Positions 51,908 through 64,000 of a DNA stretch of 64,000 bases are shown piece by piece (position 1 is the stretch's first letter; every line of letters begins with the position of its first letter). This stretch comes from Balanoglossus misakiensis (taxonomy: Eukaryota > Animalia > Hemichordata). Position numbers and translations under genes: made by a program. Location: assembly GCA_040954595.2 (NCBI GenBank), contig CM082577.2, forward strand, positions 18,822,303-18,886,302, in the 5' to 3' direction. The notes beneath the pieces are model-generated. The model had not been told where the DNA came from, made no database searches, and saw only the letters and a program-made list of their open reading frames with translations.

Positions 51908-53895
51908 GGTCTAGCGTAGAAAACCATTCCGACCCGTACAACGCATATAAAGAATCGTTTATTCGTGGTATAGGGTAGGCATCTTTAATTGACAGAGCGT
52001 TCAATTTTCAATAATCAACGCACAATCTTTGTGACCCATCTTTCTTACTAACAAGTACACACGGGGCTGCCCATGGACTAGTTGATTCTTCTATCAAACC
52101 CCGCTGTAACAAGTCAGAAACCTGTCGTTCTATTTCTTCCCGTTTCCATACCGGAGTTCGATATGCGGGTTGCCTTACTGGCGTGGCATTATTGGTTTCA
52201 GTTTTATGTCGAATGATCCCAGTTTTACCAATATCATGATCTCCCTGACTAAACACATCATGGTACAGTGTCAACATCTTTGAAACCCTATCTTGTTGGT
52301 AAACTGATCAATTTTTGCAATTTCTTGTGTATAAATCCACTACATGACCTGGAAGAGGAACATTGCTCCCAGGGCAGGCTTTTGCCTCTTCAGTGCCAGA
52401 GGGCGCTCTATCACTGTCATTACCCCAAGATTCAACTGCACACTGATCGGTTCGGAGTAACTCACAACAGTACCAGCCCTCACATGTACAGGTTCAACAC
52501 TAGCATTGAGAACTCTAACTGGTAAATGGGTAGATCTCGTGGTCACTAAAGGTTTACATGTCATAATGCCTTGCTCCAGCAATTTACCCCCTTGTACTGG
52601 TAACACAACCGCTGTAAGACAAGTATCCGGGGAAGACTTATCTGTTCTCCCCACCCAGGTCGAATGAATTCTTATTCCCTGTGCACACCCACTTCCAACC
52701 TTTGCTGGTCCCGCAAACCAAGGTTCACTGGCGATGGGAGTCCTACACATTTTAGCCGGAATAATCATTTCATGTCCAGGAAGAACAAAAACGTCTCCCG
52801 CTACCTTTACACGACAAATGAACGGTTTCATTGTACCAGTGTTACTACATTTCAACCGTTCCCCTTTAATGACTAGCTCCCCTGTCCCTGTATCAATAAT
52901 ACACCCAATTGAAGGTAGAAAGCTCATACAAATAATGCCATCAGAGCATAGTTCAGCTACTAATACCGGAGAGATAGCCCTAGCCCCACCCAAGCAGATA
53001 TCTAGGTTAACAACTCCACTAACCATAAGTGGTGTACCATCAGCTTGGTTCACCTTTACATTTATTGGTTGCAATGCACCGTGAACTCCCACTGAAATGT
53101 TCCTATACATTTCTTCTGATATCACCATATCAGTTGCTCCCGTATCAACCAGAAAATTCCCCGATACACCACCGGCAGAGGCCTGTATGTACATACTTCT
53201 GACACTTGTATTGTTATTAGCCGGTTGAATTTCCCTAATATTTCCAGTAGTCTGCACACACTGATCAACTGCCTCCCCTTTGGGTCCATACTGGTTGGCT
53301 GAGGGTTGACCCGACTTCTGCTCAGCCCCTAATCGTTTCCCGAAACCTTGGGTCGGGTGGGACAGTCCCGCTTCACATGCCCTGATTCATTACAGTGCCA
53401 ACACAAACGGCCACCAGAGGGCGCACCACTCTGAGCTTGTCCAGATGGGTTTTTTATACTAGTGTTGACAACACGGGCCTTAACCTTTTGGTCAAGTTCA
53501 GCTAATTTGTCGGTGATCAAATCAACTTCGTTTGCTATCACCCCTATCACTGACTCCAGAGTCTGAGCCATTTTTGCGTCACCCACTTCAATACCTCTCA
53601 CTTGTTTACCCAACCCTTTATTGGTTTCAGGGCCACGGCTTTTCTCTAATAACTGAAAATTCTCTTCCCAAACTGTAGCCTGTATAACGTCGTCAAGTGT
53701 GGCACTGGGGGTCCTACCCGCTTCACTAACACGCCTACGCATAGCAGAATCAGTCAATGAATTGAAAAATGCGTCTATACATAGACGTTCGAATATGTGA
53801 CCTTTGGCATCAGGGTACCCAAGTGTTACCGTTTCCCTGATATCCTGTCCAAGCCCACTTAGAGACTCGCTGGGCTGGAGTACTCTTTGTCTTAA

Positions 53896-54399
53896 AGGCA
53901 CGTAAGCTGTAACTTTTGGGATAATTTTCATAATTTTTGTTTCAAACTGTACTACCATTAGTCCATGAAGATGAAGGCGGTGAACTATACACAAGCATTA
54001 TTAACCCTAAATATGAGTGCATATGCAAGTTTTAACCAGATAAATAATAAAGCTTTGCCGCAAGCGATTATGGCCGCCACCGTGGGAAAATGCAAGAAAC
54101 AATGAAAATGTTGCATTTCCGGTTATGAAACTTCATAAACAAAACATGATCTCATCCACTTGAGCTCATGGAAGTAAATGTACACCACTGAGACATCAGA
54201 TTTTCATTTTTCATTGCCATATTGCACTTTTTTTTAAATTGCAGGAATTTTCGTTTTTCTTTAATTTTTGGCAATTTTGTCATAAATAAGTGTTGAGCTT
54301 GATATATTATCATGAAATAGCATTTAATAGACATAATTAAAAGCATATATGAGATTATTTAAAACTTTAATTTTTTATCCAGTTACAGCTTACGTGCCT
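53896..54399. mobile_element. 504-bp Kolobok-like MITE in Gypsy A gag
   Basis: 19-bp perfect TIR AGGCACGTAAGCTGTAACT; TTAA TSD; absent from copies 1 and 2. Confidence 0.9.
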
Positions 54400-55089
54400 T
54401 TAATTTTAAACGATAGGTGTCTTCCTGTCCCCCAAAACCAAATCTATGATCTAGTAGTTTGCACAGTTTCTGGTATGTCAATGACTTTCTGTCAATTGAT
54501 GTTAACAGCCGCTGGGCTGCCCCATACAACATGGCTTGGAGATACTTCAACTTTTCAACCTCTCTCCACTCATTTATTTCCGCATAAATTTCAAAGTGTG
54601 CGAAATAATCATGCCATGCAAGCGATCCATCATACTTATCAGGCTTAAGTATGGACCCGTGTTTACCTGTACATGATTTGCTATAGATCCTTCACTACGC
54701 ACGGCGATATACCGCAGTGCAAAATCGGTCAGTCAATAGTTAAATCACTTCACTGGAGAACACACAATTTCCATCCTCCTGAACCAAATACCTAGAAAAC
54801 CCTAGCTAAACCTTGGAATCGAATTTCCTAACAGACTATCGTTGTTTCCCGTTCCAGCAGATAATTGTTTTGCTACCGTGTAGAGTGGGTAGATGAATCC
54901 ACCCACATAAGGAGTATGCCCCTGGCCCTACGCGGTTTGTGCAACGTGCCGGATCGAACAACAACGACGTCTACGTACCCAGTATGCAAGATGGCTACAA
55001 TATGGCGCCAAAACGCATACACTCGCCTACACTAACAGAGTTACTTACAGCAGATCTGGAAACCGATGCGTTCACCATGCAGTACAACT

Positions 55090-55109
55090 ATCCCAACCGC
55101 TGCACACCA
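55090..55109 (-). promoter_or_regulatory. Gypsy A PBS, tRNA-Leu-like (imperfect)
   Basis: TGGTGTGCAGCGGTTGGGAT versus expected TGGTGGCAGCGGTGGGAT. Confidence 0.6.
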
Positions 55110-55752
55110 ATGTTGTAGTTTTTTTCAGCGTAGCTAGATTTCTCGTGTGAATGAGGTGAATCCCCAGCAAAAGTAGCCCGCCCCAACTATTACCCAATCA
55201 GCACGAATGTGAAGTTCACGTGATATAGTCCGGCCAATCACAGTTCCAGCCTGCTTCCTGATAGGCTCAAGCAGCGGTAACTTTGCAAGGTTTTCCATGA
55301 CATTATTGTGATATATAGGTGAGAAATATATTGGAAAATGTCTTCAGTACAAAAATATGTCGTGAAATTATTGACTAGCAAGAACCATGTGTATATGTAT
55401 GGCCAAGGGGAAATTTTTAACTTCTAGTTCTGAACATTAACGTTATTGCGCAGGCTACTGTAACCACATTCAAATAATACATACAATTTTCTGTTGCACC
55501 AGTGCTTTGACCTTACAGTAATTCTACCTCACGATGACGTCAGTCAGGGATCCCGTGAGATTGCACAAATCTCCCATGATTCAGTGCGCATTCTACCCTT
55601 TTCAGTCTAGGCGTACTTTATCGGGCGTCCCCAAAAATTTGGGATTTCGCCGGAATTATTTACACTTTAAGTGAACCAAGTTCACGAGTGTGAAGATCGA
55701 AAATATTCAATCATTATACCTCACAGAAATCTGTGAAAATTTCACACATCTT

Positions 55753-58700
55753 TGTCTTTTCTAAAGTTGCACGGTGTGGCCGTCTCGTCTATCTAAGCAC
55801 GCATGCGCATCCCGATGCCTCATGGGTAATTGAATCCCCAAAAAACTATGATGAAATAGGGGGCGTTACTGAAAGCCTATATAAGGGAAACTGGGCGCGA
55901 TACACTCCCCGTCTAAAAATACAGTAGTAAATTGTATTTTTACCAAAAACCAAATAATAAATTTGCCTATAACATTTTTAACTCTAAACTCTGTATGAAC
56001 TCTGTTCGGGAAAAGTATCAGAGGATAAGTTTCAAACGGGAAATCTAACTATCGTCATTGTCTCTATGAATCAGAACAATTTCACTGATGGGTCGCTGGT
56101 ACACTCGTCCAGATCCATCTCTGCATACCATCACATCAGATCGTCGGACTTTTCCGTCACTGCTGGGGTAGGTCTTCACGATGTGAGCAAGGGGCCAGTT
56201 GTTACGTGGGCATTCCTTGTCACGTAGCAGGACAACATCTCCTTCCTGTAGGTCAGTAGTGGTTTTGCTCCACTTGCGTCTCAGCTGGCGGCTTTGCAGA
56301 TATTCTTTTCTCCATCTCACCCAGAATTGGTCGGCTAGGTACTGCACGCGTCGCCAGCGTCTTCTGCTGTACAGGTCGTGTTTGTCAAACGCACCTGGGG
56401 TGGGGGTAGAGGTTGCGTCTTCATGGTGAGCAACATGTTCGGGTTGAGTGCTTGGGGGTTGTTAACATCTGGAGAAAGTGGTGTGATAGGTCTAGCGTTG
56501 ACTATCGCACAGACTTCCGCCATCAGTGTGGTCAGCAGATCATGGGTAAACTGGGGTTTGCCAAGTTGGATGTACATGGAGTTGAGGACTTTCCTAACTG
56601 TACCAATCTGTCTCTCCCAGATACCGCCGAAATGCGATGCATGAGGGGGGTTGAAGATCCATTCGCATTTGTTCTCTGCTAAGTACTTCTCTATGTGATC
56701 TCGGTTGAGTTCTTTCATGGCTTCACTAAGTTCGTTCCTTCCGCCGATAAAGTTGGTGCCCTGGTCACACCTGAGTTTCTTCACTGGGCCTCGGATGGCT
56801 GCGAAGCGGCGGAGGGCGTTGATGAAGGCTGAAGTATCCATCGAATCGATGACTTCAATGTGTATTGCGGTGGTGTACAGGCAGACAAAGATGACTGCCC
56901 ATCGTTTGGAGGTCGATATGCCACCTCTGGTTTTACGTGCTGATACGTTCCAGGGGCCGAATACATCCATTCCAACGTTGGTGAATGGTGGGGTGTTTTC
57001 CATCCTATCTGCAGGAAGGTCTGCCATGGCCTGAGTCAGCGGTTTCGCTCTGAGTCTTCTGCACACTGTGCACTGGTGAAGTACACTTCTGACGAGGTTG
57101 TGTAACCCTAGGATCCAGTAGCCGTTTGCTCGGATGGTGGCAAGGGTCAATTGGCGGCCTTGGTGGTGTGTTTCTCGATGGAAATGTTCTACCACGAGTC
57201 TTGAGACATGACTGTCTTTCGGTAGTAGTATTGGGTGGCATCCACTGAGGTCCAGATCAGCTTGTCGAAGTCTGCCTCCAACTCTGATCAGTCCTTTGTC
57301 GTCTATGAATGGGTTCAATCCGTACAGTGGACTTCGTCTGGGTAGGTCCATGACGTAGGTGTCTCTTCTGTTGGCAGCGGACAGGCTTTTCAGCTCTTCC
57401 GGGAAGTGTTTCTTCTGAACTTCCTTCAGTATTATGATCTCTGCTGCGGTGTGTGTATCAGTCGTGTGTTGGTAAGGGGACAGTTCATCCTCCCTTCCGT
57501 TGTTTCGGTTCTTCATATGGAGCCGTAGTCTGGTTACTATGGTGGCTATCGCTCTCTTCAAAGATGACCAGGTGGAGAATCGTCTAAATCTCTCGGTCTT
57601 CAAGTCGTTGGATGGGGTGGCACTGGTGGCCATGACACGTGGCTGTGTGCGCACTTCAGGGTCTTCTGTACTGAGCTCGTACTCTTTCGGGTCCTTGTTG
57701 AGTGTCGTGTCGCTTTCACTGTTGTAGTCTGGTTGCCATAGAAATGCTGGTCCTGGTAGCCAGATAGTTGTGTTCAGTTGCTGGGCTGGAACTGTACGGG
57801 ATGCCAGGTCAGCTGGGTTGTCGCCAGTAGGGACATGGCGCCATTGGTTTGGTGAAGATACGCTGTGGATCTTCTGGACTCTGTTTGCTACACATACGTG
57901 GAAGCGTTTCGATTCATTGTTGATGTATCCTAAGACAATGGTACTGTCTGTGTGGTACGTCACACTGTCGACAGGGGTTTTCATCTCTGTTTTGATTTTC
58001 TGGGCCATTTCAGCTGCGAGGACTGCAGCACATAGTTCTCAGATGTGGGGACTGGACTGGCGTGCCCACGTTGGATAATCTTTTCCATGAATTCTAGGTA
58101 TTGTTCCATCATCTCTGGTTTTCGTTCCAGTAGTTTCGCTAGATTGTTGAAACGGTTCATTGCCTGTAGCCAGTTATTGGGCAGGTGTGCTGGATCTTGC
58201 CTGAATGGCAGGGGAAGTTCGAGGTTTCCCTTCGCGTTGGTGTGAGCCGCTTGTTGCAGGATACTCACAAAGCGTCTGTCTTCTATGGATGGGGCCTTTT
58301 TGTCATCTTCTGGCGTTTCTATGAAGATGTCACTGCCAAAGTCACTGGGTTTCGGTATTATGGGTTCCTTCACATAGATGTGACGATCACATTTCAGTCT
58401 TTCCCTTATTGGTTGGGTAACCTGTGGTGTGGCGAAGTCAGTTGCCACTGTTCTATGTACTGATGCGCGAGTGGTGCCTCTCGCTGTCTCTAGACACAGT
58501 TCACCTGAAACTGTCCACCCGAGGTCGGTGCGTTGAGCCCATGGTGAGTTTGCAGGTCCGTTTCTAGTTTCTCTGATTTTCAGTGGTTCTGGGCAGTTTC
58601 TGCCAATCAGGAGGTGTATTCCTACATCACGTCTCAGATGTGGAATCTTCTCGGCAATCGGTTGCAAGTGTTTGAAAGCCTCGCAGATTTCTGGTGTGGG

Positions 58701-61676
58701 TATTTCATTCATGTCGCTGGGTATGTCATCGTTCTCCAGCAGGACCGGTAAGGGGAATCTCTTCTTACCGTCGAATGATTCTATGATGAGGTCGGGGCCT
58801 CGTCTGCCTTTTTTCATTTCTCCATGTGAGCTGCATGTCGAGAGCTCGTATTCGAGTTCAGGGCCTTGGATATTCAATGCATTGAAGAACTTGGTGTCTT
58901 CTAGACAGACGTTCGACTGGTCGTCTAACACAGCATATGTTTCTACAAAGTCTGTTGGGTTGTCACGCTTGTACACCTTCGCCAGGACGATCTTGCCGCA
59001 GGAGCGTCCACCTGGACATTTCTTCCACTTGGTGCACTTTGTGGTGACTGTTTCTCTGTCAACATCTTCGTCTTCATGTCGACTGGTGACAACGCTGGGT
59101 TGTTTCATCATTTCGGTGGGTTGGCGGTGAAGACAGGTCACGCGTTTCTTGCTTTTGCAGGTGTCGCATTCCATTTTAGTGTTACAGTCTTTCGCCAGGT
59201 GCCTTTGTGTGCATTTGAAGCACAGTCCTTTTTTCTTACACAGTTCAGTCTTTTCATCAGAAGTTTTCCTCATGAACGCTTTACATTCTGTGAGGTCGTG
59301 TCCAGGAGCATCGTGGAAGTGGCAGTGTTTTCCGTCACCGGATGATGTCCTTGTCACGTGGACACGAGCGGTTGGTCTCGATGGTTGACTGGATTTGGTT
59401 CTTTCAGCGAATGATGAACCGCCTAGTTTGGGAATGTCAGGGTCTTTTTGTGCTCTGGATACGGCTTCCAGGAATTGTGTGAAATAGCTGAATGGTGGAA
59501 ACTTCTTTTCGGCTTGTTTGTAAGCGGTTACTTTCTCTCTCCATTTGTTGATGATGAAAGCAGGCAGCTTTTCTATCACCGGGTTCAGTCCGTGGGGTGT
59601 GTTGAATGTACACAAGTCAGGAAGTTCGTTCATGTGGGCTAGTGTGTCGCTACACAGATCAGCCAGTTCACGTAGCTTCGGGCCGTCATCCGGTTGAAAC
59701 TTTGGGAAAGCGGTCAGCTTCCTAATGATGACAGCTGTGATCACTGCTTTGTTTCCGAATCTCTCCTCTAATTCTTTCCAAGCGCCGTTGTAGGCTGTTT
59801 CTACATTTTGTATATATCGCAGTCTGAATCTATCAACCACTGTCTTTGGTTCGCCTTTGGTGTATTTACTCAGAAATGACAATTTCTCTGATGTAGGTAC
59901 GCAAGCTGTCTGTACCATCGAATCAAATGTTCTTTTCCATGGGAGGAACATGATGGGGTCACCACCATACACTTCCGGTTCCTGTAGTGGCAAGCGTTGA
60001 CGGGCTAAAAGTCTGATAAACTCGCTTGGAGGGGGTTCAGCTGCATATCTCGGTTCATAATTGTCTTGTGGCGGTGTATGGACGTCCGTCTGTCTGTGCT
60101 GTGTGGATACTGGGGAATCCACAATCGGGTGGGGTTGTGTCTGGTTCTGTCCAGAGGGGGCGCTGTAGCGTAGGGCGTGGCCATTTAGAGTTTGCTGTGA
60201 TGTGACGGGTGGCGCTTGTATGGCTTCCTCACACAATACCTGTTCATAGACATCTGCTGTTGCTCTTGCTACGGCGGCTTTCTTCTTAGCTTGTAGGATT
60301 TGAAGGTCAGCACTGCTCTGTGCTTCACGCTGGGCATTTTCAGCCTGTTGTCTGGCAATCATTATTTCAAATTCTGCTTCTTTGGTTGCTGCAGCGGCTG
60401 CTGCTAATGCCTGGGCTCGTATGAGGCTTGCCTTTGAAGACGTGATCAATAGTTGTGTGCCCGTAATGGAAACTGCTTTCTCAGGGGCTGGGTTGTTGTG
60501 TTTTTCTGATTGATGTGTCTCTCAGCTCACTATTTATCATGTCCATGTTTCTGTTGTATTCAGATGTGTAGTGTTGTTTGTACTCACTGGCTTCATTGTT
60601 TTTGTCTTGTTCATAAAGTTCACGCAGTCTCTGCCATGTGGCATCATATTCATGTGCGAGTGTCTTTACTTCAAAAGTGAGTTCATCGCTGGGATTGCTA
60701 TTTTCTCTCATTTTCAGTATTGTCTCTTTTGTTTTACTCCATATTATCGACATTTCTTTCTCAGCTGATAATACAGAATTCTGTAATGCTTTGTATGTAG
60801 GCATTCTTCTCCGTTGAGGGCGCCCTTCCAGTGCGTCCTCTGGAATGGGGTGTGACCCACCTTGTGTTGTTTGTTCAACTTCCTGTGTCGGTTCGACGTT
60901 TTCTGGACGTTGAGTTTGTCCTTCTTCTACTCTGTCTAGTTCGTCTCCGTTTGGGGAGGTTTCTCCGACGTCCGGTAGTGCTTCACCGTTGTCAGTACTC
61001 ATCTTGTATTTCTATGTTTCTGTGTTTCTTTTCGCTGCCTCCGGCTCACGGACGCAGGTTTCTAACTTCCGGTTTACCGATTTTCACTGCTTCCCGACGG
61101 TCGCAGATTTTTTTCCTTCCTCTCGACGGTTCCAAGATTCTCACTGCTCCTCGACGGACCACAGATTTTCACTGTCGCGGGGTTGGGGGTTCCCGCTAAG
61201 TGTCAACCACACTTACAAAGGACAAAACAGCCTTCAGTTGCTTTGTTTAGACCGATTTATTCACGATGTAAGAGTGCGGTGAAACTGTTTACAGAAAAAC
61301 AGAAAATCACATCAGATTGAGCGAACGTTCAACAACATGGCATCAGTGTATATGAACTGAACAATCATCATAAAACATCAAACAATGGTCGAACCAAATA
61401 TCCGTCCGGATGAACAAATAGACCGGAATAACACAAAGATCTGATAGAACAAATAGATCAGAGTCCGTTCGGTAAAAGGTCCAAAAAAGAGGAAAATAAA
61501 CTTACATCTGTGGGGTCGAGTCGCTGTCTTTTCTAAAGTTGCACGGCGTGGCCGTCTCGTCTATCTAAGCACGCATGCGCATCCCGATGCCTCATGGGTA
61601 ATTGAATCCCCAAAAAACTATGATGAAATAGGGGGCGTTACTGAAAGCCTATATAAGGGAAACTGGGCGCGATACA
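55753..61676 (-). mobile_element. BEL/Pao LTR retrotransposon, RT deleted
   Basis: 5' LTR 61173..61676 (TGTATCGCG..CGCGACA on the minus strand), truncated 3' LTR 55753..55904, PPT at 55905. Confidence 0.93.
56045..61002 (-). pseudogene. BEL/Pao gag-pol polyprotein (broken)
   Basis: DUF1759-like Gag, three Cys/His knuckles, LDDQS protease, [49 protein letters not shown]; no RT YxDD region. Confidence 0.92.
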
Positions 61677-62503
61677 GATACAATAGTATCAAACATGATC
61701 GAATCGGAAATTCAGCAGACAACACAGTTGCAACAGGATGTAACTGCTGATACAGGGGATGAAACCGAAAACGAAAGTGCATCGGTTGGGCTGGGACAAG
61801 CCTCAGATAACTGGCTCAGTGACCTTGCCCAAGAACTTGATTTGGAGGACAACAAATTTGGGCCTCCAGTTGTAACAAAATTGGCTGAAATAGCCAACAA
61901 AATGATGACGACACCCCTGGGGAAAGATTGCTTGAAGGAGAAATTTAAGCAATACTATGCGCCTGAGAATTGTGACAAAGTCGTGGTGGCCAAAGTCAAC
62001 AAAGAAATCTGGTACAAAGTAAAACCAGAAACAAGGTCTCGTGACATTAAGTTACAGGCTGTGCAAAAGTGCATGATCAAAGCCATGATACCAGTATTGC
62101 AAATAACTGATGGTTTACTTCACGCCAAGAAATCAGTTACAAAGGTCGATGTTTCCAAAACTGTGAAGCAGCTCACAGATTCCCTTGCCTTCTTGGGTCA
62201 AGGATGTTGGGAGATAAACCAAAGACGTAGAGCCATGATAAGGCCTGACCTTAATCGCCAATATCAGCAACTCTGCTCCAAACAAGTACCACTGACAACA
62301 TTCCTCTTCGGAGATGATCTTGCAAAGCAAGTGAATGACATCAAAACCACCAACCGGGTTAGCTCCAAGTTGTCAGGCAACCACAAATATAAAACTGTAC
62401 AAGGCTATGGTCGTGGTGGCGGTTTCCGGGGCAACTACCAAAATGCAAGAGGAAAAAACTCTTACCCCTTCCGCAGAAAGCAGCAGCATCACAATGCTCC
62501 CTT

Positions 62504-63879
62504 GTGGAAGAAAGGGACAGAGGGCCAAAAGTAGTGGACATGCCCCAGGTTAGTGATGAAGGTGAGCACAAATACACAAAAAACGTGCCAGTCAAGCCAT
62601 TTGAGGCAGGTGCACTGAGACATTATGTAAATAAATGGAAAGAAATTACGTCGGATGAAGGAATTTTGACCATGGTACAAGGTTGCGAAATTGAATTTGT
62701 GAAATCACCATGGCAAACCACAGTACGAACAATACAATTCAATGCCAAAGAGCAAGAAATTATTGACACTGAAATCAAAAAATTGCACATGAAAGGTGTG
62801 ATTATCGAATCAGAGCACTGTAAAGGAGAATTTGTTTCCCCAATTTTTATCAGACCAAACAAAAATGGGGATTACCGATTGATACTGAATTTGAAGTACT
62901 TGAACAAGTTTATAGCTTACCACCATTTTAAAATGGAGTCTCTATTGTCAGTTATAATGCTCATCAAAAAAATTGTTACATGGCCTCAATAGATTTACAA
63001 GATGCCTATTACTCAGTACCCATTGCAGTGCATCATCAGAAGTATTTAAAGTTTGTGTGGAAGGGCCAGCTGTATCAGTATACATGTCTTCCAAATGGCT
63101 TGGCTTGTGCACCGAGATTATTTACTAAGTTACTCAAGCCGGTGTATGCTCACTATAGAAATATGGGACATATATCAGCTCCATATATTGATGACTCATA
63201 TTTGCAAGGGGACTCATTTAGAGAATGTCACCTTAATGTCCAAAATACTTTCCAAACTCTATCAGAGTTGGGTTTTACCCCCAATAGGGAAAAATCTGTT
63301 ATGGAACCTACACGCCTATTGGTATTTTTAGGGTTCTTATTAGACTCCAAACAGATGATAGTTTCACTCACAACAGAGAAAACTAAAAAATTAATTGCGA
63401 GTTGTCAACAGCTGCTACAAAATAAAAACCCTACCATCAGAGAGGTAGCACAAGTGATTGGGGTGATAGTATCATCATTTCCTGGAATTCAATTTGGACC
63501 CCTTCACTATCGCAAACTGGAAGTTGACAAGTCTATAGCGTTAAGAAATGCTAAAGGCAATTTTGATGCATTCATGACATTGTCACATGGAGCAAAAGCA
63601 GACCTGCAATGGTGGATCACTAATGCCAGCCAAAGTTTTAAACCAATATCACATGGTAAACCTGAAGTGTTGGTACGATCAGATGCTTCGAAAAAAGGGT
63701 AGGGAGGTGTAAAGGATACATTAACCTGTGGAGGACAATGGTCCCCGGAGGAATCACAACAGCATATTAATGAGCTGGAGTTAAAAGCAGCACTTTTCAC
63801 CCTTAAATCATTATGTGGAGGATATACTGGCATGCATGTGAGAATAGAAATTGACGGTCATATGAATGTAACAGGTTAG
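62504..63879 (+). pseudogene. DIRS RT/RNase H, copy 3
   Basis: Uninterrupted at the HINE site; frameshift at ~62970 and TAG at 63700. Confidence 0.9.
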
Positions 63880-64000
63880 CAACAGACATTTGGAACTGGT
63901 GTATCCAAAACAAAATTTGGATATCTGCTGCCCACCTGCCTGGGGCAAAAAATGTTGAGGCGGATCAGTGCTCTCGTGAGTTTCGCCATGAAACAGAATG

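Larger units (their letters stand above)
44366..55302 (-). mobile_element. Gypsy A copy 3, both ends present, three nested insertions
   Basis: LTRs 44366..44829 and 55111..55302 (the latter internally deleted); TTAT TSD at 44362..44365 and 55303..55306; PPT at 44830; fragmented gag/pol 45101..53890. Confidence 0.95.
55520..64000 (+). mobile_element. DIRS copy 3 (interrupted by BEL, ~740 bp of the ORF1 region deleted; continues off the window end)
   Basis: Left terminus at 55520; resumes at 61677 with ORF1 C-terminus 61695..62534 and RT pieces 62504..63702. Confidence 0.93.

Noticed and set aside
53329-53994. Longer 221-aa gag ORF in Gypsy A copy 3
   Set aside because: The N-terminal extension comes from read-through out of the inserted Kolobok-like MITE

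Overview
Eukaryotic, probably invertebrate (inferred from the mix of TE families), repeat-dense region with no intact host gene. The backbone is a tandem array of a ~2.96-kb unit (period 2957 bp, e.g. 37085..40041). Each unit is a mosaic of two decayed, spliced SMG1 (PIKK kinase) exons on the minus strand, the 5' end of an internally deleted piggyBac on the plus strand, and ends of other repeats. The SMG1 exons are not visible in the ORF track. A Gypsy element (A) and a DIRS1-type tyrosine-recombinase retrotransposon sit at identical positions 218 bp apart in three higher-order copies. These carry copy-specific nested insertions: two Kolobok-type elements, a young intact Gypsy (B) with an RRM-PNMA-CCHC Gag, a HINE/DINE-like element with a 240-bp internal satellite, a hAT with a 6-bp TSD, an RT-less BEL/Pao, and three non-autonomous TIR elements. 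All coordinates and alignments were read by eye, and family assignments come from recalled motifs rather than database searches.
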